A DNA stretch of 48,691 bases from a virus. Within the stretch, counting starts at the first letter, position 1. Each line of letters opens with the position of its first letter. Positions 1 to 7,404 of this stretch are shown here, in pieces. A model generated the notes under the pieces. It searched no databases and had not been told where the DNA came from. It worked only from the letters and a program-made list of their open reading frames with translations. The DNA lies in IMG/VR virus record IMGVR_UViG_3300048924_000031, positions 1 through 48,691 of that record. One strand, given 5' to 3'. The translations under genes were made by a program, and so were the position numbers.

Positions 1-127
1 CCCCTGCTCACTACCTGATGGGCGCCTGACATGTCAAACACACAAGAAGCAGAGCTCGAATACCTGCAATGGTTTCATTGCAATGCTGACTTTGGTCCCG
101 CTGAGAGTGACGTTCGTTACTATCTGA
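1..127. repeat. Terminal duplication, copy 1 (identical to 48565-48691); assembly overlap of a circular or circularly permuted genome, unit length about 48,564 bp
   Basis: Exact 127-nt identity read at both window ends. The junction falls inside the SSB 3' end and the next small ORF, not in an intergenic physical end. Confidence 0.95.
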
Positions 128-186
128 ATCAGCAGTACACGGAACAAACAGGCAATCAAGTGCCAGAAGGCTACGACGAAGAGTAA
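31..186 (+). CDS. Hypothetical small acidic protein, 51 aa (MSNTQEAELEYLQWFHCNADFGPAESDVRYYLNQQYTEQTGNQVPEGYDEE); shorter than the shortest ORFs in the track
   Basis: ATG follows the SSB stop (tga 27-29) after 1 nt on the same strand; stop taa 184-186. The listed antisense ORF 34..219 looks spurious. Confidence 0.5.
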   Translation: MSNTQEAELEYLQWFHCNADFGPAESDVRYYLNQQYTEQTGNQVPEGYDEE

Positions 187-251
187 CAACAAAGCCCCGC
201 TAACCACGGGGCAATTCACTCAACACGGAAACTTACACAAAGTGAAACCTT

Positions 252-437
252 ATGCGCAGAGTAAACAGCCAGGCAAAGCTAACCCACGAGGATGTTGAGC
301 AAATCCGACAGCTTAACGAGTGGAAGGAATCTGAGATTAAGCGAATTCTCTCGATTGCAGGTCACAAGGCGCTGGCCGAAAAATTCGGCGTATCGCCCAC
401 TTGTATTGGGCATGTTGTTACTTATAGGACTTGGTAA
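252..437 (+). CDS. Small HTH DNA-binding protein, paralogue of the N-terminus of the next gene
   Basis: KLTHEDVEQIRQLNEWKESEIKRILSIAGHKALAEKFGVS aligns with KLTEEDVEQIRQIMDWKKEEIARINSIASHEALAKKFDVS of ORF 441..980. This motif type is seen in DNA-binding modules of phage homing endonucleases. The segment is AT-rich. Confidence 0.7.
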   Translation: MRRVNSQAKLTHEDVEQIRQLNEWKESEIKRILSIAGHKALAEKFGVSPTCIGHVVTYRTW

Positions 438-440
438 TAG

Positions 441-980
441 ATGAAAAATCACCCAAATTCGAAGCTAACAGAAGAAGATGTTGAGCAGATTCGACAGATT
501 ATGGACTGGAAAAAAGAAGAAATTGCACGGATAAATTCAATTGCTAGCCATGAAGCGCTGGCAAAAAAGTTTGATGTTTCAAAGAGGACCATTGAAAATA
601 TAGGAAACTACGTTTCACACAGAATCAAATCGCCAGATCTTGTATACAACCCTAAAAAAACAGACGAGCAGAGAAAAAACATATCTGTTGCAAAACTTTC
701 AAAAGATAGAACTGCTGCTGGCGAATACACACGCAGGACAGGAATTCCAGCCATCGATGTCATACGGGAAATGGCTCTATACAGCACGAAGACAGAAGTC
801 GCATCCTTTTTTGGGTGGAGAGATGCAACATGTGTAACGAGCTGGCTATCTCTGCGCGGGTACGAAGTAGAATTTAAGAAGCATAAGCCAATCCCGCCAA
901 AACGAAACGGTTGGGGTGCTATCGACTTGAGCCGGAAGCCGCGCGAATCAAAGAGTCATGCCGCTCAGAACACTCTCTAA
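441..980 (+). CDS. HTH / NUMOD-like DNA-binding protein with no recognisable nuclease domain
   Basis: N-terminal HTH is paralogous to ORF 252..437. KKTDEQRKNISVAKLSK resembles a NUMOD3-type motif. No HNH or GIY-YIG motif seen. The 3' end overlaps the convergent o-spanin gene by 62 nt. Confidence 0.65.
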   Translation: MKNHPNSKLTEEDVEQIRQIMDWKKEEIARINSIASHEALAKKFDVSKRTIENIGNYVSHRIKSPDLVYNPKKTDEQRKNISVAKLSKDRTAAGEYTRRTGIPAIDVIREMALYSTKTEVASFFGWRDATCVTSWLSLRGYEVEFKKHKPIPPKRNGWGAIDLSRKPRESKSHAAQNTL

Positions 981-1194
981 GCGCTGCTCCCCACTCAGTC
1001 AGCGCAGTTAGCGCGGCTTCACCAGTGACGCCTTCCAGATCACTTGGAATCCGGCAAGGCGTCAACAGGCTCGCTTGTGATACGCCCGTTCTTTGCGTCG
1101 TTTGCGAGCTGCACGCCGGCAGGATCAAGACAGACGTTGCGATAGACAGGGCGATCAACAATCTTTTCGCGCTCTCGGATGATGGTCGTTTCAT
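919..1194 (-). CDS. rz1: o-spanin (Rz1-like outer-membrane lipoprotein)
   Basis: Signal peptide plus lipobox-like LILPAC in MKRPSSESAKRLLIALSIATSVLILPACSS. Starts inside the i-spanin gene in another frame and runs past its stop (overlapped spanin architecture). Confidence 0.8.
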   Translation of the reverse strand: MKRPSSESAKRLLIALSIATSVLILPACSSQTTQRTGVSQASLLTPCRIPSDLEGVTGEAALTALTEWGAALRECSERHDSLIRAASGSSR

Positions 1195-1411
1195 TTGCCT
1201 TTAGCTCTGATAGGCGGGCCTCGAGAGTCTCCGCGATTGATTGGTCAGCCTTATTCGCTGCAATGACTGAGAATGCAGATGCAAGCCTCTCTCCTGCGCG
1301 CTCAACCTCAACGCGAGACGACGACGCATCATGCCAAAGGAAAACCACGAACGCGCCGCATGCGAGCCCTGAGAGGAATCGCCAGGGTAGCGCGGTTAGC
1401 CAGATTGGCAT
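1040..1411 (-). CDS. rz: i-spanin (Rz-like)
   Basis: N-terminal TM segment (LTALPWRFLSGLACGAFVVFLW) followed by a coiled-coil-like region. Start overlaps the endolysin stop. Contains the Rz1-like ORF. Confidence 0.8.
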   Translation of the reverse strand: MPIWLTALPWRFLSGLACGAFVVFLWHDASSSRVEVERAGERLASAFSVIAANKADQSIAETLEARLSELKANETTIIREREKIVDRPVYRNVCLDPAGVQLANDAKNGRITSEPVDALPDSK

Positions 1412-1863
1412 TAGTGTTCTCCGGAGAACTCTTTGAATTTTGCGACTAGGGTTTCCATCTTGTGCTCATGCTGATTGTAACCGGCGCCAGGAAGAGAAGC
1501 CCACCGCGACCGACACTTGGTCAGCGCCTCAGCAATGCGTCCAGCCTCAATATCATCCATCGCATTACACTCCTTTATAAGCTGGATTGCGATCTTGTCT
1601 TGGCTGGCTGGCGAGAAGTCAGTAAGCTTTAGCTGTGCCTTGTAATGGTCATAGAAGCGCGCCAGGATCTGATAGCGACCAGCAGCAGTGGACTTTATGC
1701 CGAGATTTGGCAGCATAACCAAAACGCGTGGATGGTCCTTGTAGCTGGAGAACAATCCCCCGCCCACCAGCACGTCGTAACCATGATCCTTTGTAGCCTG
1801 GCGACCGTTGTCGGTCCCTTCCGAAAACGCGATTGTCGAAAGGAAAGCCTGCATATTGCTCAT
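1411..1863 (-). CDS. Endolysin, lambda R-type lytic transglycosylase
   Basis: AFLSTIAFSEGTDNGRQATKDHGYDVLVGG...AAGRYQ...WASLPGAGYNQHEHK closely parallels lambda R (AFLDMLAWSEGTDNGRQKTRNHGYDVIVGG...GAGRYQ...WASLPGAGYGQFEHK). ATG at 1863 preferred over the GTG at 1890. Confidence 0.92.
   Translation of the reverse strand: MSNMQAFLSTIAFSEGTDNGRQATKDHGYDVLVGGGLFSSYKDHPRVLVMLPNLGIKSTAAGRYQILARFYDHYKAQLKLTDFSPASQDKIAIQLIKECNAMDDIEAGRIAEALTKCRSRWASLPGAGYNQHEHKMETLVAKFKEFSGEH
1416..1429. promoter_or_regulatory. 14-bp perfect palindrome GTTCTCCGGAGAAC (exact copy 1 of a dispersed family)
   Basis: Read directly. Lies in the last codons of the endolysin gene, and its GGAG sits 7 nt upstream of the Rz start codon. 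Confidence 0.8.
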
Positions 1864-1890
1864 GACGTCACCACCTGAAAATATATCCAC

Positions 1891-1899
1891 ATTTTACCA
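1891..1899 (-). promoter_or_regulatory. Candidate extended -10 promoter (TGgTAAAAT) for the endolysin-spanin cassette
   Basis: The minus strand reads ttTGgTAAAATgtgg about 30 nt upstream of the endolysin ATG. The -35 element is poor. Confidence 0.35.
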
Positions 1900-1908
1900 A
1901 AATAACTG

Positions 1909-1937
1909 TTGCGCATTTCCTAGTGCTCGCTTACCAT
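1909..1937 (+). promoter_or_regulatory. Candidate sigma70 promoter TTGCGC-17-TACCAT for the rightward accessory block
   Basis: Hexamers and spacing read directly. Lies in the 100-bp divergent gap between endolysin and ORF 1964. Confidence 0.3.
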
Positions 1938-1963
1938 TTGTTTAAGCCAACAGGAGCCACCTA

Positions 1964-2218
1964 ATGCATACCAAGAATCAAGCAGCCTTTGTTAAAGCAA
2001 TCCATAACGCTATTTCATTCGCTGACGACAAATTCCAGCGTTCACGCACCAGCGAATACAAGCACATCTTCGGTATGCTCCGTGGTGCCTTGTTGGTCGG
2101 CGGTATCAGCTACGAAATGTACTCTTCTCTGTACAGTCACGTTTGGGAGTGCAAGTTTGACTCTGACGGCGTAGATATGGAAGACCCAGAGCAGGCAGAA
2201 TTGAGCATGGAGGATTAA
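1964..2218 (+). CDS. Hypothetical protein, 84 aa
   Basis: ORF with AGGAG 7 nt upstream of the ATG; first gene of the rightward block. Confidence 0.6.
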   Translation: MHTKNQAAFVKAIHNAISFADDKFQRSRTSEYKHIFGMLRGALLVGGISYEMYSSLYSHVWECKFDSDGVDMEDPEQAELSMED

Positions 2219-2220
2219 TC

Positions 2221-2397
2221 ATGAACATGCGCGCAATCACAACTGTAATTATCATAATTCTTCTTTCGGCTGGGTTCGTAGTATCTAACCGGATGAGCTA
2301 TCAAGATGGCCTGGATGATCAAGCATGGAAATGCCAGATGATCGAAGAAGGTGTCTGGCCAGATGTAGAAAACTACCACGAGAGGGTTTGCAAATGA
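2221..2397 (+). CDS. Small membrane protein, 58 aa (MNMRAITTVIIIILLSAGFVVSN...); not in the ORF track
   Basis: ATG 2 nt after the upstream stop, GGAGGA 6 nt upstream, one clear TM segment. Confidence 0.55.
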   Translation: MNMRAITTVIIIILLSAGFVVSNRMSYQDGLDDQAWKCQMIEEGVWPDVENYHERVCK

Positions 2398-2500
2398 TCA
2401 CTAAATGCCTGCTGGTTTCTGTCGTTTTCTTCTGGCTGCCAGTTTCTTACCTTTTCGCATAACAACAATAACCGCCCTATCGGGCACAGCAGATTGGAGA

Positions 2501-3175
2501 ATGACCGTGAGCGAAGTGAAAAAATACGAATGCACCGTTTTGATTGATGCCAGTTGCGGCGTCACGGTCGAGGCGTCGAGCCCGGAAGAAGCGGCAGAGC
2601 TCGCGGAGAATGCAGCGGCCGAACAAGGTGCCGGTAGCCTTTGCCATCAGTGCTCTGACCACACCGAGTGCGGCGATAGCTACGCCGTTATTGTCTACGA
2701 TGGGGGCGAAGAAGTTCTGGACACAGACTATCGATCGGCCCAACTCAAGGCCGCCCAATCCGAGCTGGCTGCATTGCGGGAAGAGCTGGCCGACCTTGCA
2801 GACCTGAAAGCCTATGTAACCCTTCCTTTGCGCGAACGCTGCGCCGAACGCAAGGACTTGCAACAGCGCCTGACAGCCGCCGAGCAGCGGAATGAGACCC
2901 TTGAGACAGCGCTAATTACCGCGCTGGATGATTCTGCCGAGGATGCGCAGTCAGGTGAAATTGTGATCCAGTATGAAGATTACGAAGCTCTTGTTGCGCT
3001 GGTCGCCAAACCCACCGAATCGGGAGCAAGCGAAATAGCAAAGCGCGCCTTAAGTTTCGAGAATCAACGCATCCACCCGGCGCTCTTCAAGTGCTTGGCT
3101 TGCGGTGATTATCACGAAGGTTCAGGCAATCTGCCGTGCCCGAAAATGTCTCCAATGTCTGGAGTTAAGCCATGA
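2501..3175 (+). CDS. Hypothetical coiled-coil protein, 224 aa (GC-rich segment)
   Basis: Internal ATG 2501 with TGGAGA just upstream is preferred over 2405. Central heptad-like region (AQLKAAQSELAALREELADLADLKA) and a C-terminal CxxC...C motif. Confidence 0.6.
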   Translation: MTVSEVKKYECTVLIDASCGVTVEASSPEEAAELAENAAAEQGAGSLCHQCSDHTECGDSYAVIVYDGGEEVLDTDYRSAQLKAAQSELAALREELADLADLKAYVTLPLRERCAERKDLQQRLTAAEQRNETLETALITALDDSAEDAQSGEIVIQYEDYEALVALVAKPTESGASEIAKRALSFENQRIHPALFKCLACGDYHEGSGNLPCPKMSPMSGVKP

Positions 3176-3594
3176 CCAACACCCTAACAATCTCGCGGGA
3201 GCTGGCGGAGCGAATTCTCGCCAACGATCCGACCGCCGAACATGATGCAATGCTTGAGCTGCGCGCAATCCTCGCCGCCCCTTCCTTCGAGCGCCAAGAC
3301 GAACAGCAGATGGCGTGCATGCCGGTCGAGCGCTGCTACGACGTGCGCGCCCAGATGATCATTGCCTTTAATGAGTCCCGCAAGGCTGGTGGTGATCTGG
3401 ACGACGGGCTTGATGCTGCTTACAAGGCGGCGCTGCGTTACTCGCCAAACCCATTGCTTGCCTCGCCGCCCGCGCCGGTAGCGGTTGTGCTGCCTGAGCC
3501 GCAAGATGAAGGCGGAGGTCAATCAGATGCAGACTACAACTCGGCTTGCGGCTGGAACGCCTGCCTCGACAAGGTCAAGGAGATGAATCGATGA
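3172..3594 (+). CDS. Hypothetical protein, 140 aa (GC-rich segment)
   Basis: ATGA start/stop overlap with the upstream gene. Confidence 0.6.
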   Translation: MTNTLTISRELAERILANDPTAEHDAMLELRAILAAPSFERQDEQQMACMPVERCYDVRAQMIIAFNESRKAGGDLDDGLDAAYKAALRYSPNPLLASPPAPVAVVLPEPQDEGGGQSDADYNSACGWNACLDKVKEMNR

Positions 3595-3830
3595 GATCCG
3601 TCTATGGCGCCGAGTGCCCAAAACATCCAGAAGTTGCTGGCCGACGCTACTTACCGAATAGAGCATGCATCAAGTGCCATAGCATTCAAAACAAAGAACG
3701 TCACGCAGCTAGGAAGGCAGCACTTGACGAACTAATAGCAGCGGCTATAGAGGCACAGCAAACTCCTAGACTAACTGCCGCAATCAGAGCGATGGGAAAG
3801 AAATATGCAACACAGCGCATTGACGAATAG
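3591..3830 (+). CDS. Hypothetical Cys/His-containing protein, 79 aa
   Basis: ATGA overlap with the upstream stop. CPKH...CIKCH motif suggests a zinc-binding site. Confidence 0.55.
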   Translation: MRSVYGAECPKHPEVAGRRYLPNRACIKCHSIQNKERHAARKAALDELIAAAIEAQQTPRLTAAIRAMGKKYATQRIDE

Positions 3831-3993
3831 ATATTACTTGGAAGGCAAAGTGGCCTTTCTGGAGGGTAGAAGTGATTGTCCATACCAAAACGGAGAGCGT
3901 AAGAATTTCTGGCTTGCCGGAATTGTCGAAATGCGCGAAGAACTTAGAGTTCTCAGAGAAAGTTTGCAGTTGCAAGCACGAAATCAGCGGTAG
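3805..3993 (+). CDS. Rmf (ribosome modulation factor)-like small protein
   Basis: RYYLEGKVAFLEGRSDCPYQNGERKNFWLAGIVEM parallels E. coli Rmf RGYQAGIAGRSKEMCPYQTLNQRSQWLGGWREA. Weak RBS. Overlaps neighbouring ORFs on both sides. Confidence 0.55.
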   Translation: MQHSALTNRYYLEGKVAFLEGRSDCPYQNGERKNFWLAGIVEMREELRVLRESLQLQARNQR

Positions 3994-4078
3994 CGGCGGA
4001 ATCTTCCTGAGAAGTTACGGCGTTATTTATTGCAATGAGTGTTCTGGTCTACAGCAAATACGGAAACCAATCAAATGA
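3872..4078 (+). CDS. Possible zinc-ribbon protein, 68 aa, out of frame with and overlapping the Rmf-like ORF
   Basis: GTG start with GGAGGG 5 nt upstream. CSC...(21 aa)...CNEC motif. Its stop forms an ATGA overlap with the next gene start, which argues that this frame is translated. Confidence 0.4.
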   Translation: MIVHTKTESVRISGLPELSKCAKNLEFSEKVCSCKHEISGSGGIFLRSYGVIYCNECSGLQQIRKPIK

Positions 4079-4269
4079 GCCAACGAATCAAACTGAAATT
4101 CTTCCCGTTTCCAGACATGGTTTCGGATCTGGTAGTTAACTTGGCCGAGGCTGGCTTCAATATTGAGATGAGCCCGTGCGAAGGGCAGGACTTTAGCGTA
4201 ATGATTGCCGAGCGGTGTTATGAGGATGAGTTGCCGACGGTGTTGCCGAATGGACCTACCATCCACTAA
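4075..4269 (+). CDS. Hypothetical protein, 64 aa
   Basis: ATGA coupling to the upstream frame; followed directly by a strong terminator. Confidence 0.55.
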   Translation: MSQRIKLKFFPFPDMVSDLVVNLAEAGFNIEMSPCEGQDFSVMIAERCYEDELPTVLPNGPTIH

Positions 4270-4273
4270 AAAG

Positions 4274-4305
4274 AAACCCCGCCTTGTTAGCGGGGTTTTT
4301 CTTTT
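4274..4305. terminator. Bidirectional intrinsic terminator between convergent blocks
   Basis: 9-bp stem aaaccccgc/gcggggttt with a 7-nt loop, a T-run on the plus strand and an A-run upstream. Confidence 0.85.
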
Positions 4306-4308
4306 ACG

Positions 4309-4482
4309 TTACATCGACAAGCTTGGAACGACTGCCCCGCTCGCGTCCTTTCGACAATCACGACAGGATAGCGTCGGCAAGATTACACTTGGCACAGGCT
4401 TAGTAATCATGGTTTCGCCACCACCGCAATGTTCGCACTTGATATAGGTAACACCATTTGCATCTGGCTCTTGTACTTTCAT
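4309..4482 (-). CDS. Small Cys-rich (zinc-ribbon-like) protein downstream of the tailspike
   Basis: CEHC...CRDC motif. ATG at 4482 starts 1 nt after the tailspike stop. Confidence 0.5.
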   Translation of the reverse strand: MKVQEPDANGVTYIKCEHCGGGETMITKPVPSVILPTLSCRDCRKDASGAVVPSLSM

Positions 4483-4483
4483 C

Positions 4484-6370
4484 TTATGCGCTCGCAAAGT
4501 TCATGGTAGGTGTTGCAGTATACGTCACAGACAGCGCGTCACCTGGCGAAAGAATCCAAGTGCCGCCGCCAGCCGTAGAGCCAAGGTTAGTCGCGCCTCG
4601 GAAGTAAGTCGAGATCGAAACAGTACCGCCAGAAACGCCAACGATTAACGGACGACCGGTGTTGTTGGTGTACACGAATGGCGAACCGGTTACAGTAATC
4701 GAGCCCGATACAGATGAGCCAACGCCCCATTTTTGCGATTGAGCTTGGTAGCATTGACCGAAACCTGACCTCGTACCAGCATCCGGAATAACTAGGTTGC
4801 CCGATAAGCCGCGACCGTAGGTTACACCGCCGACAAAGTTACCAGTACCTCCGCTGATCGTGATCTGATCATGCATGCCGCCAACGAGTCTATTCCCAGA
4901 ACCTCCGGTAAAGAAGAACTTAACGGAGTCGACGTTGAACTCGTTAAAGCTACCTGCGCATGTAATGCCGGTGATCGTATTTACTTCTTCATTTAAACCA
5001 TATGCGCGGTTACCAATAGCAAGACTTGTAAATATAGCGCCGGTATCAGAGCAGTATTCGTTGTCACCGCCAATCCATACGTTACCAAGTGTGCTGTCGA
5101 TGTACATGCCGATTTGACAGGCAGCACCCAGCCAGTTATAGAAGATGTTGTAGGAAGCTTGTGCAAAAGCCGCGCTTTGACTAATAGTCATGCCGGATAA
5201 AGGTTTGCCACCCAAGTACCAGCCGTTTACGTAATCTGCTGGATTTTCTTTCGCGCTCTCAGTTGGTGTTGCACCAATCCAGAACTTAGACAGTACGCAG
5301 CCAAGGATAGACCATCCAGTCTGAGTTAACCCTGCGCCCCAGACTCGACCGCGAATCTCGCTCAAGTAAACGTTACGCACAAGTACAGTTGGCGCTGTAG
5401 CAGATGGTCCGTTCTCGAAAACAAACCCAGTGCCAAGACCAATGGTAAGCGCCGTTATGTTTACGCCAAAAGTTGCCCCAGCATCCAAGATCATTGCAGA
5501 TCCGGTGCCAGTGCCGCGAATTTTTACCTTGCCACGGTTCAGAATGACCGCGCCTTGGATCCCCCAGTTAGGCGCAACACTGCACTCATAAGTGCCGGAG
5601 TTCAGCCAAACAGTAGGCAGTTTTCGGAAAGCAGCCAGTTCTGCGCGCAAGAATGTTTCGATTGCGGCGAAGGCTGTGGCGTTGTCGAATCCAGCAACTG
5701 GACGAGCGCCAAACATTCCGGCTTCTAGGTCATCGTATACGCGCAACCAGCGACCGGTAGAAATGCCTGTTGCCGCAACAATAGTGAAATCGTTGGCGGT
5801 TGAAGTGCTAGTGGAACTCCAGATGAAAGGACCATTACCGCCGTCATACGCTGGGTCTACACGCTCCATGTAAACCATGTCGTAGTTATAGCGACCGGTT
5901 ATGGTCTTTAGCTCAGCCAGGGTATTGATATGGCGCATTGTGCGCCCAACCAAGGCAGCTCCATTTGAAAGGCTTACTGCGTCTGCTAATGCCGTGCGTA
6001 GCGCCGCGTCACCTACAGAAACAAACTTAGGCTGATCGATTGTCCAGTTATTCACCGTGGTATATGGAAGAGTAAGCGACGGACCTGGGCGCCAGTATTC
6101 GCCGCCTTTCGACATAACCTGATTTGTGCGGGTGAATGTCAATTCACCTGCTGCATCATAATCGCCAATGAACTCATAACCCAATGCAAGCAACGCATCG
6201 CTTGAGTCCTTTTCAAGGCCAGTCCAAGTCTTTCTTGCATTGCCGAATCGATCAACCCAAGTAGTATTGATCAGGTCATTGACGGCATCATCAAGATTAG
6301 ATGCGTTATTGAACAGTACTTTTACTTCAGTAGATCCCAGCGGAATCCCGCTTGTGTCGTAAGTATTCAT
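4484..6370 (-). CDS. Tailspike / depolymerase with a parallel beta-helix
   Basis: N-terminal IPLGSTEVKVLFNNASNLDDAVN...WVDRFGNARKTW resembles tailspike N-terminal adaptor domains. The central Gly/Asn/Thr-rich repetitive region is typical of pectate-lyase-like beta-helices. Last gene of the tail module. Confidence 0.8.
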   Translation of the reverse strand: MNTYDTSGIPLGSTEVKVLFNNASNLDDAVNDLINTTWVDRFGNARKTWTGLEKDSSDALLALGYEFIGDYDAAGELTFTRTNQVMSKGGEYWRPGPSLTLPYTTVNNWTIDQPKFVSVGDAALRTALADAVSLSNGAALVGRTMRHINTLAELKTITGRYNYDMVYMERVDPAYDGGNGPFIWSSTSTSTANDFTIVAATGISTGRWLRVYDDLEAGMFGARPVAGFDNATAFAAIETFLRAELAAFRKLPTVWLNSGTYECSVAPNWGIQGAVILNRGKVKIRGTGTGSAMILDAGATFGVNITALTIGLGTGFVFENGPSATAPTVLVRNVYLSEIRGRVWGAGLTQTGWSILGCVLSKFWIGATPTESAKENPADYVNGWYLGGKPLSGMTISQSAAFAQASYNIFYNWLGAACQIGMYIDSTLGNVWIGGDNEYCSDTGAIFTSLAIGNRAYGLNEEVNTITGITCAGSFNEFNVDSVKFFFTGGSGNRLVGGMHDQITISGGTGNFVGGVTYGRGLSGNLVIPDAGTRSGFGQCYQAQSQKWGVGSSVSGSITVTGSPFVYTNNTGRPLIVGVSGGTVSISTYFRGATNLGSTAGGGTWILSPGDALSVTYTATPTMNFASA

Positions 6371-6378
6371 TTATAGCC

Positions 6379-7404
6379 CTACACAAGAGAGAACATGACA
6401 GAGAAAGAAATCAAGGCATTCGTGCAGTTGATGCAGGTTATTGTCCCGTCTGGATTTATAACAACTGAGGGTATGGTTATGGAGGTGCTTGGGGCGACGG
6501 CAGGAAAAGTGGTTACAGGGATAACCACGAGAATTGGCGGCCTGAACCCGGCAGGCAGCGTTGCAACCACTGTGCCGTCAGTCGCCGTACCGTTCCTGAT
6601 TGCAACCTCAAGCTGTACGTTATCTGCAACCTTGCGATACACGGCGCGCCGACTCGTGTAGACCACCCAGCTATTATTCAACGGCAAAGCCGTCATTGAC
6701 TGCGCGGCCAACCCTGTACCCCCCTGTGCGATGCTTAGGGGGGTAGTGAGTCCGGTTATGCTGGTGATCGTTGAGTTAGCGCCACCGTAAACAATTTGCT
6801 CCCATGCCAGCCAGGCGGAACCGCTCCAGATGCGTCGATACGTGGCGTTGGTGCCGAGCTGGCGCCACATCTGCTCATACCTCAGCGAGCCAGAAACTAG
6901 AATCGCGCTACTACTCACGTCAACGTACCCAGCGGAAGACGCGATAGGGCTATTGGTTGCGCCTGGCACGGCGTTGTGCACGTATCGCCCGTCCGTGAAA
7001 AGACTGTTTAGGTCAGTCCCCGAGACATCTATCCGGGATCCGATGCCGAAACCACCTACAAGCATTACACGCCCAACGGTTGCGTCTGTCGTCGACGTTT
7101 GAGGCACGAGCCCGAGGCGGCTTTGTTGCGCGCCGAGCGTTGCGTCACTCAAGAACAAACGAGCGATAGGCTTCAGGTCGGTAAGTGCCATCGCTCCGAC
7201 CCCCGTGAAATACGCCAGCTTGTCAGCTGCGCCGGTCAAACCGTTCAGCGCCGTTACGTTTGCACCAATCCCTATCGCAGTGCGAAGCTGCGCTAAGGTT
7301 TGTTTGCGGGTATCAGCCAACTGAACTACCGGGTATAGATCGCCCTCATTCGGCAACTGCGCCGGCGGTAATTCCGATATCTTTTTCGGGACATCAACCA
7401 TCAT
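6379..7404 (-). CDS. Tail fibre protein
   Basis: Position between the tip proteins and the tailspike. Gly/Thr/Ser-rich fibre-like sequence. Confidence 0.65.
   Translation of the reverse strand: MMVDVPKKISELPPAQLPNEGDLYPVVQLADTRKQTLAQLRTAIGIGANVTALNGLTGAADKLAYFTGVGAMALTDLKPIARLFLSDATLGAQQSRLGLVPQTSTTDATVGRVMLVGGFGIGSRIDVSGTDLNSLFTDGRYVHNAVPGATNSPIASSAGYVDVSSSAILVSGSLRYEQMWRQLGTNATYRRIWSGSAWLAWEQIVYGGANSTITSITGLTTPLSIAQGGTGLAAQSMTALPLNNSWVVYTSRRAVYRKVADNVQLEVAIRNGTATDGTVVATLPAGFRPPILVVIPVTTFPAVAPSTSITIPSVVINPDGTITCINCTNALISFSVMFSLV

Noticed and set aside
193-212. A hairpin gccccg-ctaacca-cggggc after ORF 31..186, considered as a possible terminator.
   Set aside because: No T-run follows, and the operon evidently continues into the HTH genes. 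It may be only a stabilising structure.
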